Under the pieces are notes generated by a model. The model was not told the origin of the DNA. It searched no databases and saw only the letters and a list, made by a program, of their open reading frames with translations. A DNA stretch of 29,341 bases, taken from Burkholderiaceae bacterium (GTDB taxonomy: Bacteria > Pseudomonadota > Gammaproteobacteria > Burkholderiales > Burkholderiaceae_E). Of this stretch, positions 18,962-29,341 are shown piece after piece (the first letter of the stretch is position 1; each line of letters starts with the position of its first letter). The stretch is from positions 1-29,341 of the forward strand of contig JBGSTN010000455.1 of the NCBI GenBank assembly GCA_041736455.1, read 5' to 3'. The translations under genes and the position numbers were made by a program.

Positions 18962-18990
18962 TTGACATTGATGCGCGAAAGCTTTTTAAT
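18962..18990 (+). promoter_or_regulatory. Sigma70-type promoter of the suyAB-hps operon
   Basis: TTGACA (18962-18967), exactly 17 nt, then TTTAAT (18985-18990); 44 nt upstream of the suyA ATG. Confidence 0.8.
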
Positions 18991-19034
18991 GCGTGAACGC
19001 ACTCGATTCGACGGAGCAAGCAAGGGAGAAAGCG

Positions 19035-19316
19035 ATGATTCATTTTGTAGTTCACGAAGAAGGCGACTCAGTTGGAACGATCGTCGTCGAAGGCATCAAG
19101 AGCGGAGACAAATTGAACGGCTGGGTGATGGAGCAGGACAAGACGGTGACCCTGCCGTCGATCAGCAACATACCGATCGGCCACAAGATCGCGTTGAACG
19201 ATCTCCAGAAGGACGACACCGTCGTGAAGTACGGTGTCGACATCGGGCGCGTGATCTCGCCGATCAAGGCCGGCGAGCACCTGCATGTCCACAACGTCAA
19301 GACCAAGCGTTGGTAG
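19035..19316 (+). CDS. suyA: (2R)-sulfolactate sulfo-lyase alpha subunit (SAF domain, UxaA N-terminal-like)
   Basis: 93 aa from the ATG at 19035 (GGAG SD). SAF motif 'IPIGHKIAL.DL...D.VVKYG..IG.....I.AGEHLHVHN.KTKRW'. A stand-alone small subunit before a UxaA large subunit, in an hpsN context. Confidence 0.85.
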   Translation: MIHFVVHEEGDSVGTIVVEGIKSGDKLNGWVMEQDKTVTLPSISNIPIGHKIALNDLQKDDTVVKYGVDIGRVISPIKAGEHLHVHNVKTKRW

Positions 19317-19433
19317 GCCAGGCGAATCTCGGATCGGCTGACGCCGTGCCCCTCTAGGGGGCGCCGCTGACGGCCGCGCGAGACCAGCCTGTCGCGCCTG
19401 CTTGATCAGAAACACTCTATGCAAGGACCCGAT

Positions 19434-20609
19434 ATGAGCGTCATCTCCAAAGACACAACCTTTCTTGGTTATCGCCGCGAAAACGGTCGCGCCGGCGTGC
19501 GCAACCACGTGATCATTCTTCCGGTCGACGACATTTCCAATGCTTCCTGCGAGGCTGTGGCAAGCAACATCAAGGGCGCGATGGCGCTGCCCCATCCCTA
19601 CGGTCGCCTTCAATTCGGCGCCGACCTCGAGCTGCACTTCCGCACGCTGATCGGCACCGGATCCAACCCCAACGTCGCGGCGGTGGTGGTGATCGGCATC
19701 GAGCCGGCGTGGACCAAGCTCGTGGCCGACGGCATCGCCAAGACCGGCAAGCCTGTCCAGAGCTTCTCGATCTCGCAGAACGGCGATCACGAAACGATCA
19801 TGAAGGCGTCGAAGGCCGCACGTGAGCTGGTTCAGTGGGCTTCGGAGAAGCAACGCGAGTCCTGCCCGATCTCGGACCTCTGGGTCTCGACCAAGTGCGG
19901 CGAATCGGACACTACCTCGGGTTGCGGCGCAAATCCCACTGTGGGTAACGCGTTCGACAAGCTCTATGCACTCGGCACGACCTTGGTCTTCGGCGAGACG
20001 AGCGAACTCACCGGCGGCGAACATCTCGTGGCCGAAAGGTGCCGGACGCCGGAAGTTCGAGAGCAGTTTATGGCGTTGTTCGCCAAGTACCAGGCGATGA
20101 TCGACCGTCACAAGACTTCTGACCTCTCCGATTCGCAGCCAACCAAAGGCAACATTGCCGGGGGCCTGACGACCATCGAAGAGAAGGCTCTGGGCAACAT
20201 CCAGAAGATCGGCAAGAAGTGCAAGGTCGATGGCGTGCTCGACTACGCCGAGACCCCCACTGGGCCCGGGCTGTGGTTCATGCAGTCGAGTTCGGCGGCC
20301 GCCGAGATGGTGACGCTGTGCGCGGCAGCCGGCTTCGTCGTGCACTTCTTTCCCACTGGCCAGGGCAATATCGTCGGCAACCCGATCGTTCCGGTAATCA
20401 AACTGTGCGCCAATCCGCGGACGGTTCGCACGATGAGCGAACACGTGGACGTAGACACCTCGGGAATACTCCAACGGGAGTTGAACTTGGACAACGCGGG
20501 CGACAACCTGCTCGACATGATGCTGCGCACGGCAAACGGGCGATTCACGGCTGCTGAAGCATTGGGGCACCGCGAGTTCGTGCTGACCCGCTTGTACGAG
20601 AGTGCCTGA
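19434..20609 (+). CDS. suyB: (2R)-sulfolactate sulfo-lyase beta subunit (UxaA/GarD family)
   Basis: 391 aa with '[25 protein letters not shown]', '[12 protein letters not shown]', 'KCGESD', '[17 protein letters not shown]' and 'FPTGQGN'. The split architecture and the adjacent hpsN support SuyB over altronate dehydratase. Confidence 0.85.
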   Translation: MSVISKDTTFLGYRRENGRAGVRNHVIILPVDDISNASCEAVASNIKGAMALPHPYGRLQFGADLELHFRTLIGTGSNPNVAAVVVIGIEPAWTKLVADGIAKTGKPVQSFSISQNGDHETIMKASKAARELVQWASEKQRESCPISDLWVSTKCGESDTTSGCGANPTVGNAFDKLYALGTTLVFGETSELTGGEHLVAERCRTPEVREQFMALFAKYQAMIDRHKTSDLSDSQPTKGNIAGGLTTIEEKALGNIQKIGKKCKVDGVLDYAETPTGPGLWFMQSSSAAAEMVTLCAAAGFVVHFFPTGQGNIVGNPIVPVIKLCANPRTVRTMSEHVDVDTSGILQRELNLDNAGDNLLDMMLRTANGRFTAAEALGHREFVLTRLYESA

Positions 20610-20640
20610 CGAGCGCTGACCGGAACGGAGGTAATCGACC

Positions 20641-20898
20641 ATGACCACCGCCAGGATGCAACTTGTTGGAAGCCTCACGCTCAGCCTTTCGTTGCTGACG
20701 TTTGCAATCTTTTTCATCAACGTGCTGATCGGCGGGCCGATGAGACAAGAACCCTGGATGAGCGACGTCGGCGAGATGCTGACCTTGTTCGTGGCGGTGG
20801 TGCTCTTCGTCTGCGGGACGATCGCTCGTGAAGCCCAGGCCCAGGCGGAAAGTCTGGAGCGGCGCACGAATGGCGTTGACATGAAGAACGGCAGCTAG
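20641..20898 (+). CDS. Uncharacterised 85-aa membrane protein (two predicted TM helices)
   Basis: GGAGGT SD at 20627-20632. Hydrophobic segments 'LVGSLTLSLSLLTFAIFFINVLIGG' and 'VGEMLTLFVAVVLFVCGTIA'. Co-oriented within the operon. Confidence 0.8.
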   Translation: MTTARMQLVGSLTLSLSLLTFAIFFINVLIGGPMRQEPWMSDVGEMLTLFVAVVLFVCGTIAREAQAQAESLERRTNGVDMKNGS

Positions 20899-21018
20899 CG
20901 ATCGGCTGCAAATGCAACACCCCACTCGTCGCGCAGCGAACGCCGAGGTAGTGCGGCGGTAGGCGCGGGCGCTCTGCGGAGCCGACCCGGGACACGTAGA
21001 TCAATCAAGGAGACAAAC

Positions 21019-22188
21019 ATGAACAAGTCCACGATCGAAACAAAGACCGGCGGTTCCGCGGAACTCGTGGTCGCCGAGCGTCGCCAGTTCCTGAATGTTG
21101 CTCGCGCTAGCGGCTTTACTGTCGCCATGCTTGCCGCTGCGGGAGGCACCTTGTTCTCGCGTGGCGCGGTGGCGCAGAGTCGCAAGGAAGAACAGGAGCG
21201 CGAGAAGTCGGCAAAGCACTTGATGACGATTGCCACCGCCTATCAGCTCGGCGCATCGCGCAGCTATCCAATTCTTCAGCGTGATTTCAAGGAAAACATC
21301 CAGAACGCGACGCGCGGCAAGGTTTATGTCCGACTGGCTCCGGCAGGGCAACTGGGCACCGAGGGTGACCTGGCAAAGAAAGTACAGGAAGGGACCATCC
21401 AGGCCGGCCAACACTCGCTGGCGAATTTCGCACCGTTCGCGCCGATCGTCGACCTGATCAATCTGCCGTACTTCTGCGGTTCCAACCAACGCTTCGTCAA
21501 CCTGGTGAACTCTGACGAATGGAGAAAGGAGGTCAACCCGAAGCTCGAGGCGAAGAACTTCAAGGTCCTGTCTTATGTAGTCATTGACCCGCGTACCCTT
21601 GCGGTGCGCAAGGGCGGCAAGCCGATCATGACGCCGAAGGATATGGCCGGTGTCAAGTTCCGGGTGCCTGGCTCGAAGATGCTGCAGCAGTATTACCGCA
21701 TGGTTGGTGCCAACCCGACGCCCGTGGCCTGGGGCGAAACGCCTTCCGCGATCAAACAGGGCGTGGCCGATGCGCTCGACCCTTCAGCCGGCGCTTTGTA
21801 CGTTTTCGGTTTCAAGGACATCCTCAGTAGCCTCACCTTCACGCGCGCCGTTCCGGACAGCCAGGTCTATTCCTGCAACCTCGATTGGTTCAAGGGTCTG
21901 CCGGACGACGTACAGGAGGGGATCGAGTTTGCCTCGATGATCAACGCGCAGATGAACCTCGCAAAGGTACCGTCCGCACGCAACTATGCCATTGCGGAGC
22001 TGGCGTCTGCCGGTGTCGAGTTCAATTATCTGAATGATGCCCAGCTGAAGGAGTGGGAAGACGCCGGCGGCTACAAGCGCAAGGAGTGGGAAGACATTCG
22101 AAGCGAACTGGCCGGATCCAAGGAAGTCTTCAGCAGGCTGGAAACAGCGGCCAACACGATGGGCAAGTTGTACGTCCACGACGCCTGA
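21019..22188 (+). CDS. hpsK: TRAP transporter substrate-binding protein (DctP), DHPS-binding HpsK-like, Tat signal
   Basis: AAGGAG SD; 'ERRQFL' twin-arginine leader; DctP motifs 'GQLGTEGDL', 'G.KFRVPGS', 'GANPTPVAWGE...AIKQGVADALD'. The name is inferred from its position before hpsN. Confidence 0.8.
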   Translation: MNKSTIETKTGGSAELVVAERRQFLNVARASGFTVAMLAAAGGTLFSRGAVAQSRKEEQEREKSAKHLMTIATAYQLGASRSYPILQRDFKENIQNATRGKVYVRLAPAGQLGTEGDLAKKVQEGTIQAGQHSLANFAPFAPIVDLINLPYFCGSNQRFVNLVNSDEWRKEVNPKLEAKNFKVLSYVVIDPRTLAVRKGGKPIMTPKDMAGVKFRVPGSKMLQQYYRMVGANPTPVAWGETPSAIKQGVADALDPSAGALYVFGFKDILSSLTFTRAVPDSQVYSCNLDWFKGLPDDVQEGIEFASMINAQMNLAKVPSARNYAIAELASAGVEFNYLNDAQLKEWEDAGGYKRKEWEDIRSELAGSKEVFSRLETAANTMGKLYVHDA

Positions 22189-22217
22189 ACCGCATTGGTC
22201 TTGAGCTGGAGGCATCC

Positions 22218-22742
22218 ATGAGCGACCCGCAGTCGACACTGTCGAAGTTGGACCGCAACCTCGAACGCTGGGCATTGCTGATTTTCTACAGCATGCTGGT
22301 AGTCACGATGGCGGTCGAGGTATTGCGCCGAGAAGTGTTCTCATACTCGTCGGTCTGGGGCGAGGAGATCGTGCGCTACGCGTTCATCTACCTCGTCTGG
22401 ATTGGCGCCGCGGCGGCCGTCCGAGAGCGCGCGCACATCCGCATCGACGTGATATTGGAGTACTGCTCGGCGCGGATCAAGGCGCTCATCTACCTGTTCG
22501 GCGATCTGGTGATGCTGGTCGTGGCGTGTTTCGCGCTCTACTACTCGTGGGAGAGCCTCATGGTCACCTGGAAGTTCGGGTCGGTGTCGCACGGCCTTCG
22601 ATTGTCCATGTTGTGGTTCCACAGCGCTGTGCCGATCGGATTCACGTTGCTGTTGTACCGATTGGCCCAATCCATCGTCCGTGACCTCTCCGACATGCGA
22701 CATGGCCGTCCGGTGTTCGAAGGCGAACGTCTCTTCGACTGA
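22218..22742 (+). CDS. hpsL: TRAP transporter small permease (DctQ), HpsL-like
   Basis: 174 aa from the ATG at 22218 (GGAGG SD), 4 TM, 'EVLRR..F...SVWGEEIVRYAFIYLVWIGAA.AVRERAHIRID'. Confidence 0.85.
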   Translation: MSDPQSTLSKLDRNLERWALLIFYSMLVVTMAVEVLRREVFSYSSVWGEEIVRYAFIYLVWIGAAAAVRERAHIRIDVILEYCSARIKALIYLFGDLVMLVVACFALYYSWESLMVTWKFGSVSHGLRLSMLWFHSAVPIGFTLLLYRLAQSIVRDLSDMRHGRPVFEGERLFD

Positions 22743-22769
22743 ATCATCTTCTGACACAGGGGTACCACC

Positions 22770-25480
<2,711 letters not shown>

Positions 25481-25485
25481 TCACC

Positions 25486-26253
25486 ATGACGAACGCGGAG
25501 ATGTTCAACCTTGCCGGCCGGCGCGCGCTGGTCACCGGTGGAAACTCCGGCATCGGCGAGGCGATTGCGCTGGCGCTCGGCCGCGCAGGCGCGAAGGTGC
25601 TGTTACTGGCGCGTCGCGAGGCCGAATTGCAAGCCGCTGCGGAAAGGTTGCGCGGCGAAGGAATTGCCGCCGAAACACTGGCGGCCGACCTCCAAGCGCT
25701 GCCGGGGCTGCGCGAAGTTGCAGAATGTGCCCGGCAGATACTCGGGGGTGTCGACGTCCTGGTCAATGCAGCCGGTGTGAACTTGCGCCAACCTTTCGAG
25801 GAGGTGACGCCCGAAGCCTGGCAAACCCAGCTCAATCTTCATCTGGGCGCGCCATTCTTTCTGACGCAGGCATTGGCACCGGACATGCGCTTGCGTGGCT
25901 GGGGTCGGATCCTGAACATCGCATCACTGCAGAGCATGCGCGCCTTCGCCAACAGTGCACCCTACGGCGCGGGCAAGGGCGGCATCGTGCAACTGACCCG
26001 CGCAATCGCCCAGGCCTGGTCAGCGTACGGAATCACCTGCAACGCCATCGGCCCGGGCTTCTTCCCGACGGCGCTAACCGCGCCGGTCTTTGCCGATAGT
26101 GCGCTGGCGCAGCACCATGCGGCGCAGACCTGCAGCGGACGCAACGGATCGCTGGCCGATCTGCATGGCCCCACCGTCTTCCTGTGCAGCGATGCGAGCG
26201 CCTATATCACCGGCCAGACCCTGATGGTGGACGGCGGCTACACCGCGCGCTGA
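25486..26253 (+). CDS. hpsO: SDR (gluconate 5-dehydrogenase-like), DHPS 2-dehydrogenase HpsO-like
   Basis: 255 aa with [13 protein letters not shown], 'IASLQS', YGAGK and 'IGPGFFPT'; directly after hpsN, as in known hpsNOP clusters. Confidence 0.82.
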   Translation: MTNAEMFNLAGRRALVTGGNSGIGEAIALALGRAGAKVLLLARREAELQAAAERLRGEGIAAETLAADLQALPGLREVAECARQILGGVDVLVNAAGVNLRQPFEEVTPEAWQTQLNLHLGAPFFLTQALAPDMRLRGWGRILNIASLQSMRAFANSAPYGAGKGGIVQLTRAIAQAWSAYGITCNAIGPGFFPTALTAPVFADSALAQHHAAQTCSGRNGSLADLHGPTVFLCSDASAYITGQTLMVDGGYTAR

Positions 26254-26301
26254 GGTCGGTTCTTCAATGCCTCTCCAGACCAACCTGTTCCATTGCCAAT
26301 C

Positions 26302-27303
26302 ATGAAAGCACTTGTCTATACCCAACCCGGCGAGCTTCAGCTGCAGACCCGCCCGCAACCGCAACTGCACGACGACGAAGTCGTGTTACAGATCGAAGCC
26401 GTTGGCATCTGCGGCTCCGACCTGCACGCCTGGCACGGCCGCGACCCGCGCCGCAAGCCAGGGCTGGTGCTCGGGCACGAATTCGTGGGGCGTATCACCG
26501 AGTCGGCGGCTGCGGGTTTCGAACCCGGCACGCGCTGGACCGGCAATCCGCTGATCACCTGCGGCAGCTGCGAGTATTGCGTGCAGGGTCGCAACAATCT
26601 ATGCGCCAACCGCACGATGGTCGGCATGACGCGACCCGGCGCCTACGCGGAATACATGAGCATCCCCGCTGCCTCACTGGTGGCGATCCCGCAAAACATG
26701 GCAGCGCGCACTGCCGCGCTGACCGAACCTGCTGCCACAGCCTGGCACGCGATCAATCTGTCGATGCGCGCGCTGGTCAGGCCGATCCACGAATGCAGGG
26801 TTCTGGTGATCGGTGGCGGCGCGATCGGCATGCTGGCCGCGCTGCTCTACAAGCGCCTGGGGGTCACGCACCTGACGGTTACGGAGCTGAACGCCAGACG
26901 ACGCGATACCCTGAAGAGCGCAGTCGGCTGCGATGTCATCGACCCGCGCGACACGCCGCTCGAAGAGTCCGCATACGATCACGTGATGGATGCCGTCGGC
27001 GCCAAAGTGACGCGGCAGCAAGCGTTGGCCGCGATCAAGCCGGGTGGCGTCATCATGCATGTCGGCCTGCAGGACTGGGCGAGCGAGATCGACATGCGCA
27101 AGCTGACGCTGGCCGAGATCACCCTGTTGGGAACCTATACCTACACCACTGCCGACCTGCGGGCGACGGTGGCAGCACTTGACCAGAGCCAGTTTGGTGA
27201 CCTGGCCTGGGTCGAAGAGCGGACACTCGAGGACGGACAGCAAGCCTTCGCCGACCTGGACAGTGGCGTCAGTGCAGCCCCGAAGATCGTGCTCGTGCCC
27301 TGA
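26302..27303 (+). CDS. hpsP: Zn-dependent (MDR) alcohol dehydrogenase, HpsP-like
   Basis: 333 aa with 'GICGSDLH', 'GHEFVG', structural Zn 'CGSCEYC..GRNNLC', 'TEP' and 'GGGAIG'; follows hpsO. Confidence 0.82.
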   Translation: MKALVYTQPGELQLQTRPQPQLHDDEVVLQIEAVGICGSDLHAWHGRDPRRKPGLVLGHEFVGRITESAAAGFEPGTRWTGNPLITCGSCEYCVQGRNNLCANRTMVGMTRPGAYAEYMSIPAASLVAIPQNMAARTAALTEPAATAWHAINLSMRALVRPIHECRVLVIGGGAIGMLAALLYKRLGVTHLTVTELNARRRDTLKSAVGCDVIDPRDTPLEESAYDHVMDAVGAKVTRQQALAAIKPGGVIMHVGLQDWASEIDMRKLTLAEITLLGTYTYTTADLRATVAALDQSQFGDLAWVEERTLEDGQQAFADLDSGVSAAPKIVLVP

Positions 27304-28337
27304 TGCGTGCCGCACGGTACGCGAGCCAGTCATGGACGCTGGCCTCCGGCCTATGGCCTGGTGTCGGACTTGCGGCGGTGCTGGCCATGGCGGCCACCAC
27401 GGTCTCCCACCTGCACGGTGGCCCCACGCTGCTGTACGCGCTGCTGTTCGGGGTTGCGCTGCACCACCTGAGTCGTGACCCGATCACCAGACACGGCATC
27501 GAGTTTTGCAGCCGTGGCGTGCTGCGTCTGGGCGTCGGGTTGCTCGGAGCTCGAATCACCGCCCAGCAGATCGCGGCACTGGGCTGGACGACGGCGCTGA
27601 CGGTGGTGGTCGCGATTGTCACCACGTTTGCGTTCGCACTCATGCTCGGCCGATTCCTGGGTATGAGCCGTGCGCAAAGCGTGCTGAGCGGGGGGGCCGT
27701 TGCCATCTGTGGCGCCTCGGCGGCGCTGGCGATTTCGGCGGTATTACCACGCGAGCGTCAGGGCGACCGGTACACCCTCACTGTGGTCGTGGCAGTGACA
27801 CTGCTGTCGACGCTGGCGATGATTGTCTACCCGGTGCTCGCGCGTGCTCTGGGATTGCCGCCCGAGATGGCGGGGATTTTTCTGGGGGCAACGATTCACG
27901 ATGTCGCCCAGGTGGTCGGCGCCGGCTACATGCTGGGCCCGGAAGCAGGCGATGTCGCGACCGTTGTCAAGATGCTGCGAGTTGCCTTGCTCGCTGTAGT
28001 CGTGCTCGTCATCACCTTTGCTTTTCGCGGGACTGCTCGGCACACGAATCGCGACGTCAAAGGCGAACCATCGCGGCGCGGAGCCATGTTGCCCTGGTTC
28101 TTGTGGATGTTCATTGCAATGGTCGGTCTCAACTCCATCGGCGCGTTCAGTGGAACATTGGCCACGGGGCTGAACGAGGTATCGCGTGTCTGCCTGGTGA
28201 CCGCGATTTCAGCGCTCGGCCTCAAGACCAGCATCGCGCAACTGGCACGCGCCGGCTGGCGGCCGATTCTGATGGTGGGCGCTGAAACCATTTGGCTCGC
28301 AGTCGTCGTCGGAGCAGCACTCCTGATCATTCGCTGA
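27303..28337 (+). CDS. YeiH/UPF0324 (PSE) family putative sulfate/sulfite exporter
   Basis: 344 aa, multi-TM, with 'LRLGVGLLG', 'G.AICGASAALA', 'GIFLGATIHDVAQVVGAG', 'ATVVKMLRV' and 'ISALGLKT'. The start overlaps the hpsP stop (TGATG). Confidence 0.88.
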   Translation: MRAARYASQSWTLASGLWPGVGLAAVLAMAATTVSHLHGGPTLLYALLFGVALHHLSRDPITRHGIEFCSRGVLRLGVGLLGARITAQQIAALGWTTALTVVVAIVTTFAFALMLGRFLGMSRAQSVLSGGAVAICGASAALAISAVLPRERQGDRYTLTVVVAVTLLSTLAMIVYPVLARALGLPPEMAGIFLGATIHDVAQVVGAGYMLGPEAGDVATVVKMLRVALLAVVVLVITFAFRGTARHTNRDVKGEPSRRGAMLPWFLWMFIAMVGLNSIGAFSGTLATGLNEVSRVCLVTAISALGLKTSIAQLARAGWRPILMVGAETIWLAVVVGAALLIIR

Positions 28338-28547
28338 CGACATATTGGCGAACCTGGCGTGTTGCCTCACGAGGAAATGTTACCCGTCTTCGACCGGCAC
28401 GACAGTCGACTTGCGCCTTCGGCCCAGGATCATTCATTTCGCCAGCTCAGCGCGCCAGACTTTGACCCGGCGTTGTAACGTTCGTAGCTAAAATATTCTC
28501 TGCGGCGTAGCGCCCACTTCGGCCCGGACTCTTTCATGGCTGCCTGA

Positions 28548-29339
28548 TCAAAGGCCGACGTCGGACTTGGAAGGCGACGCGATGAACTCGTCGAAATACG
28601 CCTTGACGTTTCTCTCCGGCCACCAATCGGGGCCGTTGCCGCCATGGAACGAGCTGAAGAAAAGCGTATCGATTTTGGCGTTATTACTGACCAGCCGTAG
28701 CCCCCGCAATGACAACACGGCCGTGTTGTCCATCCAGACGTCGATTTCGCCATTGGCCGAGGCGTCGGTGTTGACTTTGACACGCTGAGTCAGCCGGTGC
28801 CATTTACCCGGCTCGAAGAACATCGTCTTTCCGCCAGGGTCGCGAAATTCGAAAGGTTCGCCGTAGTTGCCGGGCTGATCCATATGGTAAAGATAGAGCA
28901 CTGCCTTACCCATTTCGTCCCACATGTAACGTGACGTAAACCCGTTCGTGCCATTGGGCCGTTTGCCGCCTGAGGCAAGATCGCCGAGGCCGAGGCCCGG
29001 GAGCTTGCCACCGCTGAAAATACGGCCACTGAAGTCGAAATCACCATCGAAACGCAGCCAGTAGGACAGGTAATATTCGCCGCGTGGCGGCAGCAGCCAT
29101 TTCGCGCCGACACTGCTCTGAGCCGAGCTGGGGTATTCGATCTGGAGCGACTGATTGCCATATCGGGCCTGCGCCGAACTGATCCGCGCATATTGGTCAA
29201 AATGATTCGACCATGGCACGTCCCACATCGTCCGTTGCTGGTCTATGTCGTAGATCGTGCCGTCGGGCAAGGACTCGAAACCCTGAACGATTGCCTGCGG
29301 AGATAGCGCAGGCGCCGCTGCCGCTGGCGCGGCTGGCGC
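28548..29339 (-). CDS. Polysaccharide lyase family 14-like protein, 5'-truncated by the window edge
   Basis: The frame is open to the edge (…APAAPAAAAPALSPQAIVQGFESLPDG…). Motifs 'YLSYWLRFDGDFDF..GGKLPGL', 'GFTSRYMW', 'YLYH.DQ', 'GKWH.L.QRVKVNT' and 'FSSFHGG' resemble the PL14 beta-jelly-roll. Confidence 0.72.
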   Translation of the reverse strand, partial: APAAPAAAAPALSPQAIVQGFESLPDGTIYDIDQQRTMWDVPWSNHFDQYARISSAQARYGNQSLQIEYPSSAQSSVGAKWLLPPRGEYYLSYWLRFDGDFDFSGRIFSGGKLPGLGLGDLASGGKRPNGTNGFTSRYMWDEMGKAVLYLYHMDQPGNYGEPFEFRDPGGKTMFFEPGKWHRLTQRVKVNTDASANGEIDVWMDNTAVLSLRGLRLVSNNAKIDTLFFSSFHGGNGPDWWPERNVKAYFDEFIASPSKSDVGL

Positions 29340-29341
29340 TG

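Noticed and set aside
19317-19433. Possible RNA element in the 117-nt suyA-suyB gap
   Set aside because: Only short GC-rich stems expected by chance; no recognisable riboswitch or terminator pattern.
19035-20609. Altronate or galactarate dehydratase (uxaA/garD) call
   Set aside because: It is the same family, but the split small+large architecture upstream of hpsN fits sulfolactate sulfo-lyase, and no uronate pathway genes are nearby. Not excluded without a phylogeny.
19068-20882. 604-aa antisense ORF
   Set aside because: It lies opposite suyAB with no recognisable motifs, consistent with a shadow ORF of GC-rich coding DNA.

Overview
GC-rich proteobacterial-looking window in two parts. About 1-18,000 is an accessory, partly decayed region. 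It holds intact genes: an Ig-like repeat protein cut by the left edge, a CMD/AhpD protein, an AI-2E transporter, a divergent SDR/LysR pair, a phasin, a 7-repeat RCC1-like lipoprotein, a FucP-type MFS permease coupled to a lipoprotein sugar-binding protein, and a 7TMR-DISM diguanylate cyclase. These are mixed with relics of a TniA/TnsB-like transposase, an ISL3, two IS3-family elements, a truncated 2Fe-2S subunit and a histidine kinase interrupted by an in-frame TAG. From 18,114 to 28,337 is an intact, apparently self-contained sulfonate catabolism locus. A divergent GntR/HutC regulator faces a near-consensus sigma70 promoter, followed by suyA, suyB, an uncharacterised 85-aa two-helix membrane protein, TRAP transporter (hpsKLM-like), hpsN, hpsO, hpsP and a YeiH-family putative sulfite/sulfate exporter. 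The predicted route is DHPS (2,3-dihydroxypropane-1-sulfonate) to sulfolactate to pyruvate + sulfite. A PL14-like polysaccharide lyase is cut by the right edge. The best candidates for undescribed biology are the small membrane protein inside the DHPS operon and the MFS + lipoprotein binding-protein pair with no ABC partner. No database search or computation was run; family calls rest on motifs read by eye and on recalled family knowledge. No rRNA, tRNA or CRISPR array was seen.
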